From positions 110,946-174,945 of the forward strand of contig JAPPMG010000066.1 of NCBI GenBank assembly GCA_028819215.1: 64,000 nt of DNA, read 5' to 3'. Both the position numbers and the translations under genes were made by a program. Source of the DNA: Bryobacterales bacterium (lineage in GTDB: Bacteria; Acidobacteriota; Terriglobia; Bryobacterales; UBA6623). Shown piece after piece: positions 8,348-18,394 of this stretch (its first letter is position 1; every line of letters starts with the position of its first letter). Under the pieces are notes generated by a model. That model had not been told where the DNA came from and made no database searches. It worked only from the letters and a program-made list of their open reading frames with translations.

Positions 8348-10096
8348 GTGCCCCTGTCCCGAAGGCAATTCCTGCACCTCGGCGCGGTCACCGGAACCGC
8401 CAAGTGGGCGTCCGTCGGAAGCGGCGTCCTGCTGGGGGCAACTCCGGACGCCGTTCCAGCCCAACCCTACGGGGTGCGGTTCACAGACATTGCCAAGGAT
8501 GCCGGCCTGACCGACACGGTCTACTACGGAAGTAGCGAACAGGTGCGCTACATCGTCGAGGCGAACGGTTGTGGCGTCGCCTTCTACGACTATGACAACG
8601 ACGGATGGCCAGACATCTTTGTCCTGAACGGAACACGCCTCGATGGGCTTCCGCTCGGGGCTAAGCCCACGAACCGTCTTTACAAGAACAACCGCGACGG
8701 CACCTTCACTGATGTCACTGAGGACGCCGGCTTGGTCCGTTCCGGCTGGGCGAACAGCGTCTGCATCGGAGACTTTGATAACGACGGCAACGACGATCTG
8801 TTCGTCACGTACTGGGGCCAGAACGTGCTATACCGCAACAACGGCGACGGCACCTTCACCGATGTCACCGAGGAGGCCGGCCTCGGCGGCTTCCCCGACC
8901 GCTGGAACGCCGGCGCGACATTCGTCGACTACGACCGCGACGGGCACCTAGATTTGTTTGTGTCGAACTACGTGGAAATCGACCTTGAAAGGGTTCCATT
9001 GCCTGGCCAAGGCAACAACTGCGAGTGGAAGGGTGTTCCGGTCTTTTGCGGCCCGCGAGGGATGCCGGGTACGAAGAACTACCTGTACCGCAACAATGGC
9101 GACGGAACCTTCACCGACGTGAGCGAGCAGGCCGGGATGCACAGTCCGCACGGCTACTACGGCATGACCGCGCTGGTGACGGACGTCAATGAGGACGGCT
9201 GGCCAGATATCTACGTGGCTTGCGATTCCACTCCGAGCATCCTCTATCGGAACAACCGGGACGGGACATTCACCGACATCGCGGTCGAGTGTGGCGTTGC
9301 CTACAGCGAGGACGGGCGAGAGCAGGCCGGGATGGGTCTTGCAACCGGTGACTACGACGGGGACGGCAAGCTGGATATTGTCAAGACTCTGTTCGCGGAC
9401 GAGATGCCCGCCCTGTACAGGAACTTCGGCAACGGAACCTTCGCCGACATGTCCGTCGCGGCCGGTCTGCACGTCGTAACCCAGCACATCCAGTGGGGCA
9501 CCGGCCTGGTGGACTTCGATAACGACAGCTGGCCGGATCTCTTCTATTCGGTTGGGAACCTGTTTCCCAGAGTGGAGCGGTTCAATCCCCGCTATCCGTA
9601 TCGCGGGCCACGGTTCCTGTTCCGCAACATGCGAGACGGCTCTTTCGCGAACGTCACGAACGAGTGCGGCAGCGGGCTGACCACGCCCCACTCGAGTCGC
9701 GGCTGCGCTTTCGGAGACTTCGACAACGACGGAGACATGGACATCTTGGTCATGAACATGAACGAGCCGCCATCGCTGATTCGAGCGGATGTGTCGACGG
9801 GCAATCACTGGCTGAAGGTCAAGCTGTTCGGCGTCGAGTCGAACCGGACGGCGATTGGAGCCCGCGTAGACGTGCAGGCGGGAGGCAGGACGCAGGCACA
9901 GGAGGTTCACAGCCAAACCAGCTATTACTCGGTCAACGACTTCCGCCTCCACTTCGGCCTCGGCTCAAGTTCCAAGGCGGATGAGCTCAGCGTTCGATGG
10001 CCGAACGGAAAGCGCGAGACTTTCCGCGATATTCCTGCGGATCGTCTGCTCCACATCGAGGAGGGCGGCGGAATCGTTCGTTCGGAGAAGCTGTGA
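8348..10096 (+). CDS. CRTAC1-family protein (FG-GAP/VCBS plus ASPIC/UnbV), paralog 2, Tat signal
   Basis: Tat signal 'SRRQFLHLGAVTG'. FG-GAP-like repeats (YDYDNDGWPDIFV, GDFDNDGNDDLFV, VDYDRDGHLDLFV, GDFDNDGDMDILV). C-terminal 'SNRTAIGARVDVQAGG...VNDFRLHFGLG'. Confidence 0.85.
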   Translation: MPLSRRQFLHLGAVTGTAKWASVGSGVLLGATPDAVPAQPYGVRFTDIAKDAGLTDTVYYGSSEQVRYIVEANGCGVAFYDYDNDGWPDIFVLNGTRLDGLPLGAKPTNRLYKNNRDGTFTDVTEDAGLVRSGWANSVCIGDFDNDGNDDLFVTYWGQNVLYRNNGDGTFTDVTEEAGLGGFPDRWNAGATFVDYDRDGHLDLFVSNYVEIDLERVPLPGQGNNCEWKGVPVFCGPRGMPGTKNYLYRNNGDGTFTDVSEQAGMHSPHGYYGMTALVTDVNEDGWPDIYVACDSTPSILYRNNRDGTFTDIAVECGVAYSEDGREQAGMGLATGDYDGDGKLDIVKTLFADEMPALYRNFGNGTFADMSVAAGLHVVTQHIQWGTGLVDFDNDSWPDLFYSVGNLFPRVERFNPRYPYRGPRFLFRNMRDGSFANVTNECGSGLTTPHSSRGCAFGDFDNDGDMDILVMNMNEPPSLIRADVSTGNHWLKVKLFGVESNRTAIGARVDVQAGGRTQAQEVHSQTSYYSVNDFRLHFGLGSSSKADELSVRWPNGKRETFRDIPADRLLHIEEGGGIVRSEKL

Positions 10097-10138
10097 CGGG
10101 GGCGTTCCCGACTCGCGTCTTCTCCGCCGGGCAGGCAG

Positions 10139-12799
10139 TCAGGGGCCACCGGAGAGAAGGCTTACGATCCGGCGATATCCCTTTGCCCGCGCAAGCGAAA
10201 TCGCGCTTGCACCATCAGCAGTCCGCACGTTGGGGTCGGCACCTCGGCCAAGAAGGTACTCGACGACAAGTGTCTGCCCTCGAGTCGCCGCAACGAGCAA
10301 TGGCGTAAAGCCCCGCGAATCCGCAGCGCCGACGTTGGCGCCGGCCTCCCAGAGTTGCTGCACGCCAGCCAGCGTGCCTGATGACGAGGCCAGCATGAGC
10401 GCTGTGACACCATCGGGTCGCCCAAGATTCGGGTCAGCCCCGCCAGCCAGCAGCACTTCAATCGTTTCGGCGTGCCCCTCCGCTGCGGCAAACATCAGCG
10501 CCGAGCCTCCCTTCGCGTCGACTAGATCGGGGCTCGCGCCATGATCCAACAGGGTCTGGGCCGCTGTCGAGAACCCTTCGAAGCAAGCCATCATCAATGC
10601 GGTTCGACCGTCGGGCGTGCGGGCGTCCGGGCGGGCTCCGCTCTCCAACAGGGCCTCTACCGCTTCCCGCCGGTTCTGGCCAGCCGCCAGCATTAGCGCC
10701 GTTCCGCCGTCCGGGGTCTCGGCGTTCACGTCCGCGCCCCTAGCAGCCAGCTCGGCCACCGCGGCTGCATGACCTGCAGACGAGGCCAGCATCAGTGGGG
10801 TGTTCCGCTCGGCGTCACGGCCATCCACTTGTGCTCCGGCGCTCACCAGTGCTGCGATTCGGGCCGCGCGACCGGTGGCTGCCACGATCCGGAGCAATTC
10901 ATCAAGGTCCTCGACCGCCCCGGCACTCTCGAGCAACAATGCGGCTTCGTCATAGCCGGCTAGGGCAGCATGCACCAGGGCGGTCCGGCCACGCTCGTCA
11001 GTCTCGCCAGCTGCCACGCCGCGCTCGAGAAGGAATCGGATCGCATCCGTCTGCCCGTTGGAAGCGGCGAGCATCAGGGCTGTCCTGCCGTCGCGCATCG
11101 TGGCGTGAATGTCGGCACCTGCAGTCGCGAGCACTCTGAGCATGGACACATCGCCCCTGCTGGCTGCGAGCAACAACGCCGTGCGCCCGTCAGCGGATCG
11201 AAGGTCCAAATCAGCGCTGCCTGCCAGCAGCGTGCGGAGCATCGAGTGATCCCCGGACGAGACAGCGATCATCGTCGCGGTGCTGCCGTCATCAGCCTGA
11301 GCGTCGATGTCGGCGTCCGCCTCGAGCAGGATCCGAACCATCGTGGGAAGGCCCTTAGACACGGCAAGGATCAATGGTGTCCTGCCGCCTTCGACGCTGG
11401 CGTTCGGATCGGCACCTGCTGACAGAAGCGTCTCTAACACGGATGTCTGGCCCTCCCAAGCAGCCATCAGCAAGGGTGTCCAGCCGACAGGGCTGGCCGA
11501 GGCAGTGTCGGCACCTGCCTGCAGGAGCGCCTCCACAACCGACAGATGGCCTTCCGCGGAAGCCAGCATGAGAGCGGTTACGCCTCCCCCCTCCACTGTC
11601 CCGCTCGCAACTGCTATGGGGGCGCCCTCCTTGCTCCGCCGGTTGACTTCGGCGCCTCTGGCGACTAGCAGGCGGACCACGCCCAGGTGGCCATACAAGG
11701 CAGAACTCATCAGTGCAGTCACCCCGCGGCTATCGCTGGCTTCGGGGTCAGCGCCTCTCGACAACGCGCTATCGGCTTCGCTGGTCCTCCCGACCCGCGC
11801 TGCGAAGAGAAGATCTTCGCTTGACGTCGAAACCGCCCCCCGGCTCTTGAGTTCCTCGACGACCTCGATCTGTCCCATCAGGGCCGCTTGGACGAGGGCC
11901 GACTCGTTGAGATTGTCGACAGCGTCAATGGGCGATCCGTGCTCTAGCAGCGCCTGCACGCTCTCCGCATTCCCGTTCGATGCCGCGAACATGAGAGCAG
12001 TGCGGCCGTCGATCGAAGGGGCTCCCACCGTCGCCCCAGCCTCCAGCAGGGCTGTAACGACTGGAGCCGCCCCCTTGGCCGCTGCGAGCATCAGGGCGGT
12101 CACGCGCCCCAACGGGATCTCGATGCCGCCGGAGGAGACGCTCGCTCCTCCAGCCCCTCGGGCATCGAGATCCGCGCCAGCCTCAATCAGCGCTTCGACG
12201 ATCGAAGCATGCCCGCGAAATGCGGCCGCCATCAGCGGTGTTTGCCCGGAGTCGTCCGCAAGGTTCGCATCGGCACCTGCTTCGATCAGCATGTCAGTCA
12301 TTGATCGGTGACCCGTGGCCGCCGCGATTAGCAGAGCGGTCTGGCCCGCGTCGTTCCGGGCATCGATTCCAGCGGATCTCAAGAGACTCCGGACTGCCCC
12401 CGGCCGAATTTCCGCGACGGCCAGCATCAGCGCAGTTCGGCCTTGGTCATCCTGTGCATCTGGATTGGCACCTGCATCGAGCAGCTGCTGGACGATCTCT
12501 GCGCGCCCCTCCGAGGCAGCGGCCATCAAGGCAGTCATGCCGCGGCCGTCCGTCCTCCCAACGTCCGCGCCTTCGGCCAGCAGCGTCCCCACGCCGCCGA
12601 GATGGCCCGCCAGCGCGGCAGCCATCAGAGGCGTCGTTCCGTGATCGTTTCGCGCATTGATGTCCGCACCCTGCTCCAGCAACTGGCGGATTCTGGTACT
12701 GCCTCCTGATTGCGAGGCTCTCAAGAGAGCCTCGTCCACTGGGCGCCGTTGCGAGAATGAAGGCGCTAGGGGACCTAGCGCCAGAATGGCGGCCATCAT
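10139..12799 (-). CDS. Very large ankyrin-repeat protein (~25 ANK repeats)
   Basis: About 25 consecutive ~33-aa units carry the ANK signature 'G.T(A/P)LM.AA..GH...V..LL..GAD.N', for example GTTPLMAAALAGH, GRTALMLAASNGQ and GFTPLLVAATRGQ. The start was set at the internal Met pair 'MMAAILALGP' (12799), because the longer ORF to 12949 would overlap the divergent CRTAC1 gene. Confidence 0.85.
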   Translation of the reverse strand: MMAAILALGPLAPSFSQRRPVDEALLRASQSGGSTRIRQLLEQGADINARNDHGTTPLMAAALAGHLGGVGTLLAEGADVGRTDGRGMTALMAAASEGRAEIVQQLLDAGANPDAQDDQGRTALMLAVAEIRPGAVRSLLRSAGIDARNDAGQTALLIAAATGHRSMTDMLIEAGADANLADDSGQTPLMAAAFRGHASIVEALIEAGADLDARGAGGASVSSGGIEIPLGRVTALMLAAAKGAAPVVTALLEAGATVGAPSIDGRTALMFAASNGNAESVQALLEHGSPIDAVDNLNESALVQAALMGQIEVVEELKSRGAVSTSSEDLLFAARVGRTSEADSALSRGADPEASDSRGVTALMSSALYGHLGVVRLLVARGAEVNRRSKEGAPIAVASGTVEGGGVTALMLASAEGHLSVVEALLQAGADTASASPVGWTPLLMAAWEGQTSVLETLLSAGADPNASVEGGRTPLILAVSKGLPTMVRILLEADADIDAQADDGSTATMIAVSSGDHSMLRTLLAGSADLDLRSADGRTALLLAASRGDVSMLRVLATAGADIHATMRDGRTALMLAASNGQTDAIRFLLERGVAAGETDERGRTALVHAALAGYDEAALLLESAGAVEDLDELLRIVAATGRAARIAALVSAGAQVDGRDAERNTPLMLASSAGHAAAVAELAARGADVNAETPDGGTALMLAAGQNRREAVEALLESGARPDARTPDGRTALMMACFEGFSTAAQTLLDHGASPDLVDAKGGSALMFAAAEGHAETIEVLLAGGADPNLGRPDGVTALMLASSSGTLAGVQQLWEAGANVGAADSRGFTPLLVAATRGQTLVVEYLLGRGADPNVRTADGASAISLARAKGYRRIVSLLSGGP

Positions 12800-12915
12800 G
12801 CACGGGCCACCCCTGCAGATGCGACTACTCGTATGACCCTCCGCTAAGATAAGCCAAGATTCTCGCCCGGGATCGCGTCGAATTGCAAGGCCGTCCCGCG
12901 CCTTTCTTTCAAGCC

Positions 12916-14679
12916 GTGACAAGGCGACGCCTCCTGAAAATGAGTCCATGGGGCGTGGTGGCTCTTCCCGCGGCCCTGGGCCAGCGCCGAAACGGCGTGG
13001 GCACGACCGAACTGGAATTGACGACCGGCGGAACCGCGAGCGGGTACGGGGCTCGCTTTCGTGACGTCGCGCCGGAGGCGGGGCTCAACCGCACGATCTA
13101 CTACGGCGAGGTCGACACTTCCGACTATATTTCCGAGGCGAACGGCTGCGGCGTCGCATTCTACGACTTCGACAATGACGGCTGGCTCGACATCCTGCTG
13201 CTGAACGGTTCCCGCCGCAGCGGCATTCCCGACGGCGACATTGCCACGAATCGCCTCTACAAGAACAACCGGGACGGAACCTTCACAGACGTCACTGCGG
13301 AAGCAGGGCTGATCAGAGCCGGCTGGGCGAACGGTGTATGTATCGGCGACTACGACAACGACGGATTCGATGACCTGTTCATAACCTACCGAGGCAAGAA
13401 CGTCCTGTATCGCAACAACGGAGACGGCACGTTCACAGATGTGACCGACGAAGCGGGCGTGGGAGGAGAGGCCGGAAGTTGGAGCACCGGCTGCACGTTC
13501 TTGGATTACGACAGGGATGGGCACTTGGACCTCTTCGTCGCAAACTATGTCGGCATCGAGAGTCTTGAGAACCTGCCGCCCAAGGGCCGGACCACCTGGA
13601 AAGGCGCACCGGTATTTTATGGCCCGCAAGGCTTGCTCAAGGGGTCGCACGCCCTCTACCGCAATAACGGAGACGGCACGTTCACGAACGTTTCGGAAGA
13701 GGCGCAGATTCGCGGCGTGCTGGGCTACGGATTGACGGCGATGAACACCGACTACAACGAAGACGGCTGGCAAGACATCTACCTTGCCTGCGACTCGAGC
13801 CCGAGCATCCTGCTGCGCAATAACCGGGACGGAACGTTCAGCGACATCGCGACCGAACGCGGTCTCGCCTACAGTCCCGACGGCGTGGCGCAGGCTGGCA
13901 TGGGACTCGCGATTGGGGACTACACGGCCGATAGCAAACTCGATATTGTCAAGACGCACTTCGCCGACGACATCCCGGGACTTTACCGCAACGACGGGCA
14001 GGGATATTTCTCGGACGAGTCGTCCATCGCCGGGCTGCAAGCCAGCACCAGGCACTTGGAGTGGGGAGCGGGGCTTGTGGACTTTGACAACGACGGCCGA
14101 CCCGACCTGTTCTATGTCGCTGGCAGCGTCTACCCAGAGGTAGAAGCGGTCAATCCCGACTACCCGTACAGAGCTCCACGGTTCCTGTTTCGCAATGTCG
14201 GCAACGGACTCTTCGTGAACGTGACCGAGCAGTGCGGGCCCGGGCTGACGGCACTGCACTCGAGCCGCGGCTGCGCCTTCGGCGACTTTGACAACGACGG
14301 CGACATGGACATCCTAGTGATGAATATGAACGAGCCACCGTCGTTGATCCGGTGCGACGTTAGCTCGACCAACCACTGGCTGAAGGTAAAGCTGGTCGGC
14401 ACGAAGTCGAATCGCACGGCGATCGGCGCACGTGTCTATGTGCGTACGGGCCGGCTATTGCAGGTACAGGAGCTTCACAGCCAAGACAGCTACCTGTCCG
14501 TCAACGATTTCCGGCTGCATTTCGGGCTGGGTCGGGCAACCCGCGTTGACTCGATCCGGGTGGACTGGCCGAACAGCGAGCCCGAGACCATTGCAAGCAT
14601 CGGGAGCGATCAGCTGATCTATGTCATGGAGGGGGAGGGGATCGTTCGGGCCGAAAGGTTTGGCGCGAACACGGGTTGA
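12916..14679 (+). CDS. CRTAC1-family protein (FG-GAP/VCBS plus ASPIC/UnbV), paralog 3, Tat signal
   Basis: An in-frame GTG at 12916 gives the Tat signal 'VTRRRLLKMSPWGVVALPAALGQ'; the ORF track starts at TTG 12883. Long peptide runs are identical to paralog 2, for example 'HSSRGCAFGDFDNDGDMDILVMNMNEPPSLIR' and 'YRNNGDGTFTDVT'. C-terminal 'SNRTAIGARVYVRTG...VNDFRLHFGLG'. Confidence 0.85.
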   Translation: MTRRRLLKMSPWGVVALPAALGQRRNGVGTTELELTTGGTASGYGARFRDVAPEAGLNRTIYYGEVDTSDYISEANGCGVAFYDFDNDGWLDILLLNGSRRSGIPDGDIATNRLYKNNRDGTFTDVTAEAGLIRAGWANGVCIGDYDNDGFDDLFITYRGKNVLYRNNGDGTFTDVTDEAGVGGEAGSWSTGCTFLDYDRDGHLDLFVANYVGIESLENLPPKGRTTWKGAPVFYGPQGLLKGSHALYRNNGDGTFTNVSEEAQIRGVLGYGLTAMNTDYNEDGWQDIYLACDSSPSILLRNNRDGTFSDIATERGLAYSPDGVAQAGMGLAIGDYTADSKLDIVKTHFADDIPGLYRNDGQGYFSDESSIAGLQASTRHLEWGAGLVDFDNDGRPDLFYVAGSVYPEVEAVNPDYPYRAPRFLFRNVGNGLFVNVTEQCGPGLTALHSSRGCAFGDFDNDGDMDILVMNMNEPPSLIRCDVSSTNHWLKVKLVGTKSNRTAIGARVYVRTGRLLQVQELHSQDSYLSVNDFRLHFGLGRATRVDSIRVDWPNSEPETIASIGSDQLIYVMEGEGIVRAERFGANTG

Positions 14680-14691
14680 GCCGCGCCCCGT

Positions 14692-14709
14692 GCCCGGCTC
14701 ATGCCGGGC
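14692..14709. terminator. GC-rich hairpin between convergent genes (possible bidirectional terminator)
   Basis: GCCCGGC-tcat-GCCGGGC: a 7 bp perfect stem with a 4 nt loop, between the CRTAC1 stop (14679) and the TonB-dependent receptor stop (14784). There is no U-tract. Confidence 0.3.
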
Positions 14710-14783
14710 CAGATGGAGGCCACGGCCCCCGCAACACCAGGGCGCGAGGGCCGAATCGCTTCAGTGGCGGGTTTTCCGTTCCG

Positions 14784-17700
14784 TCACCACTCGACGCGCA
14801 TGCGTAGCTGAATCGTCCGCGGGCCCTTGGGCTGTTGCGGAACGATTCTCCCGAATGTCGAACTGTTAATGTTGTTGCCAAAGCGACCTGCGATCCAGCG
14901 ATGCCGGTTCAGGCAGTTAAAGCAATCAGCCCCGATTTGGAGCTTGATCTTCTCGGTTGCGAGCGGGATCCGCTTGACTACGGAAAAGTCCTCATTCATG
15001 TTCGGACACTGCCGCGTCTCTTGGTCAACCTCTGGCGCGTTCCCCTCGACGAAATCTCCCGGAGGGAGCCACGCCTGCGGTCTGCTGGGAGTGACTTGGC
15101 TAGGATTGCCGGCGTTTAGGATGTAGTTTCGATTTGGATCCCCGAAAACCATGTCGCCACAGGCAATGGAACTTCTCCATGGCACGCCCGGTGCGCGATC
15201 GGCCAGGTTCCGCACCCCGCCCGGGATACCGACCGACAACCCTCCGCTGGTTGAGATCGGGAAGCCATTGACGTACTCCTGAACGCCCGAAATCGTCCAG
15301 CCGCTCAGCACGTATTGGCTGAAAGCGCTGGTGCCTCCCCACCTTTGCCCCGGGCCGAACGGGAGGTCGTACGAATAGTTGAAGACGGCACGGTGAGTCG
15401 TGTCATAGCGATTGATCCGCTTGTCCAGCTTTCGGTTGTACGAGTTCCGCGTGTTGCTTCCGAAGGCGCCGGGAGCCCAGTCGACGTCGCCCAATTGCTT
15501 CGCGACCGTCCAGTGCCCGAGGAAGGAGAGGCCGTTCGAGTAGCGCTTCGTCGCCTTCAGCATGAACGCGTTGTAGTTCATTCCAGTATTGATCCCTGCA
15601 TCGTTGGAGATGTTGCCGTACTGGGGGAAGCGCCGCAGAGCACGGTGCAATGGGAGGTTGTCAGGAAACTCGGGATACGGCTTGCCGAAGCCGGCGGCGG
15701 CCACTGCGGGATCGCTGATTTCCAGATTGAGCAGCGGCCCTAGGTGCCAGTAGTCCGGGTGCAAGTCGTTGATGCGCTCGTGGTCCGCGTTGTTGCGGCC
15801 CATGTTCGAATAGAACGTGGTCTCCATCACCCAGTCGCCGAATTGACGCTGGAATCCACCTGTGATCATGTACAACGACGGAGGAGTCCCGATGGTTTGC
15901 GGATTCATCCAATTCGTGACGGACTGATTGTTCAGGAAGGCCGGGTCAATGAACGGGGGCGTTCCCAGCTGGGTGGACGGGAAGCCGTTGTCCCACTCGT
16001 AGTAAGGCGCGAACGGGCTGACGCGCGGCGGGGGGTTCCCGCGCGCCTCGTGGCCAACCCGGTTGACAGATCTCACGTTCGTGTTCTGGATGGCCATGTA
16101 CTGGATGCCGGCACCAGCTCGAAAGACAAGCTTGTCCGTGATCTGGTAGGCCAAGCCAAGCCGGGGCCCGAAATTGCCGTAGGTTGCCGGGCCGACTCGA
16201 AGCTTGCCGTTTGCACCCTCGGTCATCCCGTAGAATTCGACGGCCCCGCGGTAGTCTCCACTGATGCCAGGATTCGCAAGGGAAGGGTCGAAGCCGGAGA
16301 ACTGTCCCCGATTCTCCTTGAAGGGCATCTGCAGGTCCCAGCGCAGGCCGATGTTCAGGGTCAGCCGCGGCAGGACCTTCCAGTCGTCCTGGAAGTACAG
16401 GGCGTGGTATGCCTCCCGCTCTTCCAGCGCGAGGCCCGCAGCCGTTCCGACAAAGTTGGGCAAGCCGAGGTAAAAGTCGGCCAGATGAAATCCGCCCGAG
16501 CCGTCTGTGTCCTTGGTCTCGCTGCCGAGGTTCCCTTCCGAGACGCCAAACAGGTAGGTGCCGGCCGAGCCCACCGTCAGGCCCCCTGCGAAGCCGCCTT
16601 GGTTATGCCGGTTGATGCGCCAGAACTGGCCTTGGTAGCCGAACTTGATGGTGTGCCGACCCTTGTTCCAGAGTGTGCTGTAGGCCCAGTTCGGGATCAA
16701 CTTCGATTCCCTGTTCGACGGCGGGTTCGCACAGATCGAGACACCGAAGCTGGAAGCCCGCGCGAGCTGGATCCAAGGACATTCGTTGCTCGGCATGCCG
16801 GTCAGGCCGAATTGGTTCGAGAGCCCCTGCCCGAAGTTGTTCTGCTCCCTGCCGTTCTCTTGGAAGTTGAATCCGAAGAGGATCTGATGCACCACGCTCG
16901 GACTCTGCACCCACGAGTAGTCGGCACGCACGCGCTGGAACGAGTTGAATGTCGTCCTACCGAACGACTCGTCCAAGACTCCGCCAGGGTCGGTCTCGAC
17001 GCGCGGCGCTGTGCCGTACATGTAGAAGGCCGAAATGCGGTGGGCTGCGTTGAACTGGTGATCGATCTTCGTCGTGAAGTCCCACGGGTTGAACGTACTC
17101 GAGACAGAGCCGACGTGGTTCAACTCGGGTGTGTCGCGTGCGGTCGGAATCGGCAGCAGCTGCATGACGTTTGCACTTACCCGGCTCTGCCTGGTCATCG
17201 GGATCTGATTGTTGACGAAGGGCCGAAACCGCACCTGATTGTCGGCATCCATGTACTGGTCCTTCCGGTCGAAGATCGTGTTGAGGCTAGGGTGGGAGAA
17301 GTCCCCGCTGCGCATCGCGGATGTGGGCAAGGTCAAGAAATTGGTCGCGCTGCCAGTGGCGCTCTGCCGGTAGTAGGCCAGAGTCGACCAGAAAAACGTC
17401 TTGTTGCGCCCGTCGTAGACCTTGGGGATAACGACGGGTCCCCCTCCCGCAACCCCGAATTCGTTGTTGCGGCTGTTCTCCCGCTCGGACGCCTGCCACG
17501 GGCGGGCATTTAGGAATGAGTTGTTGTGGAAGTTCCAAACGGACCCGTGCAGGTCATTGGTGCCAGACTTGGTCGCGTACGTGATCAACCCGCCACTGCT
17601 GCGCCCATACTCGGCGTTCATGTTGCTCAGGAGAAGCTTGTATTCCCCGATCGCTTCCACGCTGGGCTCGGTGGCCGTCGCCCTCTCGCCCACGCCGTCG

Positions 17701-18287
17701 TTCGAGGTTTCCGTCGAGAGGCCGTCGAGCATGATGACCGTGTTGAGCGTTCGCGACCCCGCGACGTTGCCGCGCCCGTTGGTGTTGTTCACTCCCGGCG
17801 ACATCGAAATGTACTGGTACGGTCGACGCTTCTGCCCCGACACGGGAATGGGGGCGTGGCGCATCAGATTCTCTTCGATCGCCGCGCCGATGGTGGTGTC
17901 GCTAGTCTCGAGCTGGGCCACCGCGGCCGAGACGCTGACTTGCTCGGCAACTGTTTCGACATCGAGCTCGACATCGACCGTGGTTTCCGAAGCGGTCGTC
18001 ACAAGGACGCCAGTGGTGACCTTGGTGCCGAATCCCAACGAGGACACTCGCACGTCGTATGTGCCAAACGGCACGTAGATGACATACTGTCCCACCTCGT
18101 TGGCGGTGATTTGCTGCGAGACCCCGGTGGAGGGATTCACCACCTCGATCTCAGCGCCGGGAATCATCGCACCTGACGTGTCGGTGACACGGCCATTGAT
18201 CTGGCCCTGCGTGGTCTGGGCCCAGCTGACCGGTGTCAACGCGACTGCCGCTACCAAGAGTGCTACGCCGATTTCTACTCTAGTCAT
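14784..18287 (-). CDS. TonB-dependent outer-membrane receptor with N-terminal carboxypeptidase-regulatory-like domain
   Basis: Signal peptide 'MTRVEIGVALLVAAVALTPVSWAQ' from the internal Met at 18287. 'GRVTDTSGAMIPGAEIEVVNPSTGV...GTYDVRVSSLGF' is a CarboxypepD_reg-like domain. A long beta-barrel-like Gly/Tyr/Asn-rich body follows, and the C-terminus ends in an aromatic residue ('LRMRVEW'). Confidence 0.85.
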   Translation of the reverse strand: MTRVEIGVALLVAAVALTPVSWAQTTQGQINGRVTDTSGAMIPGAEIEVVNPSTGVSQQITANEVGQYVIYVPFGTYDVRVSSLGFGTKVTTGVLVTTASETTVDVELDVETVAEQVSVSAAVAQLETSDTTIGAAIEENLMRHAPIPVSGQKRRPYQYISMSPGVNNTNGRGNVAGSRTLNTVIMLDGLSTETSNDGVGERATATEPSVEAIGEYKLLLSNMNAEYGRSSGGLITYATKSGTNDLHGSVWNFHNNSFLNARPWQASERENSRNNEFGVAGGGPVVIPKVYDGRNKTFFWSTLAYYRQSATGSATNFLTLPTSAMRSGDFSHPSLNTIFDRKDQYMDADNQVRFRPFVNNQIPMTRQSRVSANVMQLLPIPTARDTPELNHVGSVSSTFNPWDFTTKIDHQFNAAHRISAFYMYGTAPRVETDPGGVLDESFGRTTFNSFQRVRADYSWVQSPSVVHQILFGFNFQENGREQNNFGQGLSNQFGLTGMPSNECPWIQLARASSFGVSICANPPSNRESKLIPNWAYSTLWNKGRHTIKFGYQGQFWRINRHNQGGFAGGLTVGSAGTYLFGVSEGNLGSETKDTDGSGGFHLADFYLGLPNFVGTAAGLALEEREAYHALYFQDDWKVLPRLTLNIGLRWDLQMPFKENRGQFSGFDPSLANPGISGDYRGAVEFYGMTEGANGKLRVGPATYGNFGPRLGLAYQITDKLVFRAGAGIQYMAIQNTNVRSVNRVGHEARGNPPPRVSPFAPYYEWDNGFPSTQLGTPPFIDPAFLNNQSVTNWMNPQTIGTPPSLYMITGGFQRQFGDWVMETTFYSNMGRNNADHERINDLHPDYWHLGPLLNLEISDPAVAAAGFGKPYPEFPDNLPLHRALRRFPQYGNISNDAGINTGMNYNAFMLKATKRYSNGLSFLGHWTVAKQLGDVDWAPGAFGSNTRNSYNRKLDKRINRYDTTHRAVFNYSYDLPFGPGQRWGGTSAFSQYVLSGWTISGVQEYVNGFPISTSGGLSVGIPGGVRNLADRAPGVPWRSSIACGDMVFGDPNRNYILNAGNPSQVTPSRPQAWLPPGDFVEGNAPEVDQETRQCPNMNEDFSVVKRIPLATEKIKLQIGADCFNCLNRHRWIAGRFGNNINSSTFGRIVPQQPKGPRTIQLRMRVEW

Positions 18288-18367
18288 GAGGAAGCCCCCC
18301 CTTTGGGCCCGCGACCGTAGCCGCCGCGCACGTTGTAACACAGCACCGATCATGAATCAACCGATAT

Positions 18368-18385
18368 TTCGGCCAATTCGGCCAA
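18368..18385. repeat. Perfect tandem direct repeat (TTCGGCCAA)x2 in a divergent intergenic region
   Basis: Read directly from the sequence: ttcggccaa at 18368-18376 and ttcggccaa at 18377-18385, between the TonB-dependent receptor start and the histidine kinase / response regulator operon. Confidence 0.85.
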
Positions 18386-18394
18386 GATTGAAGA

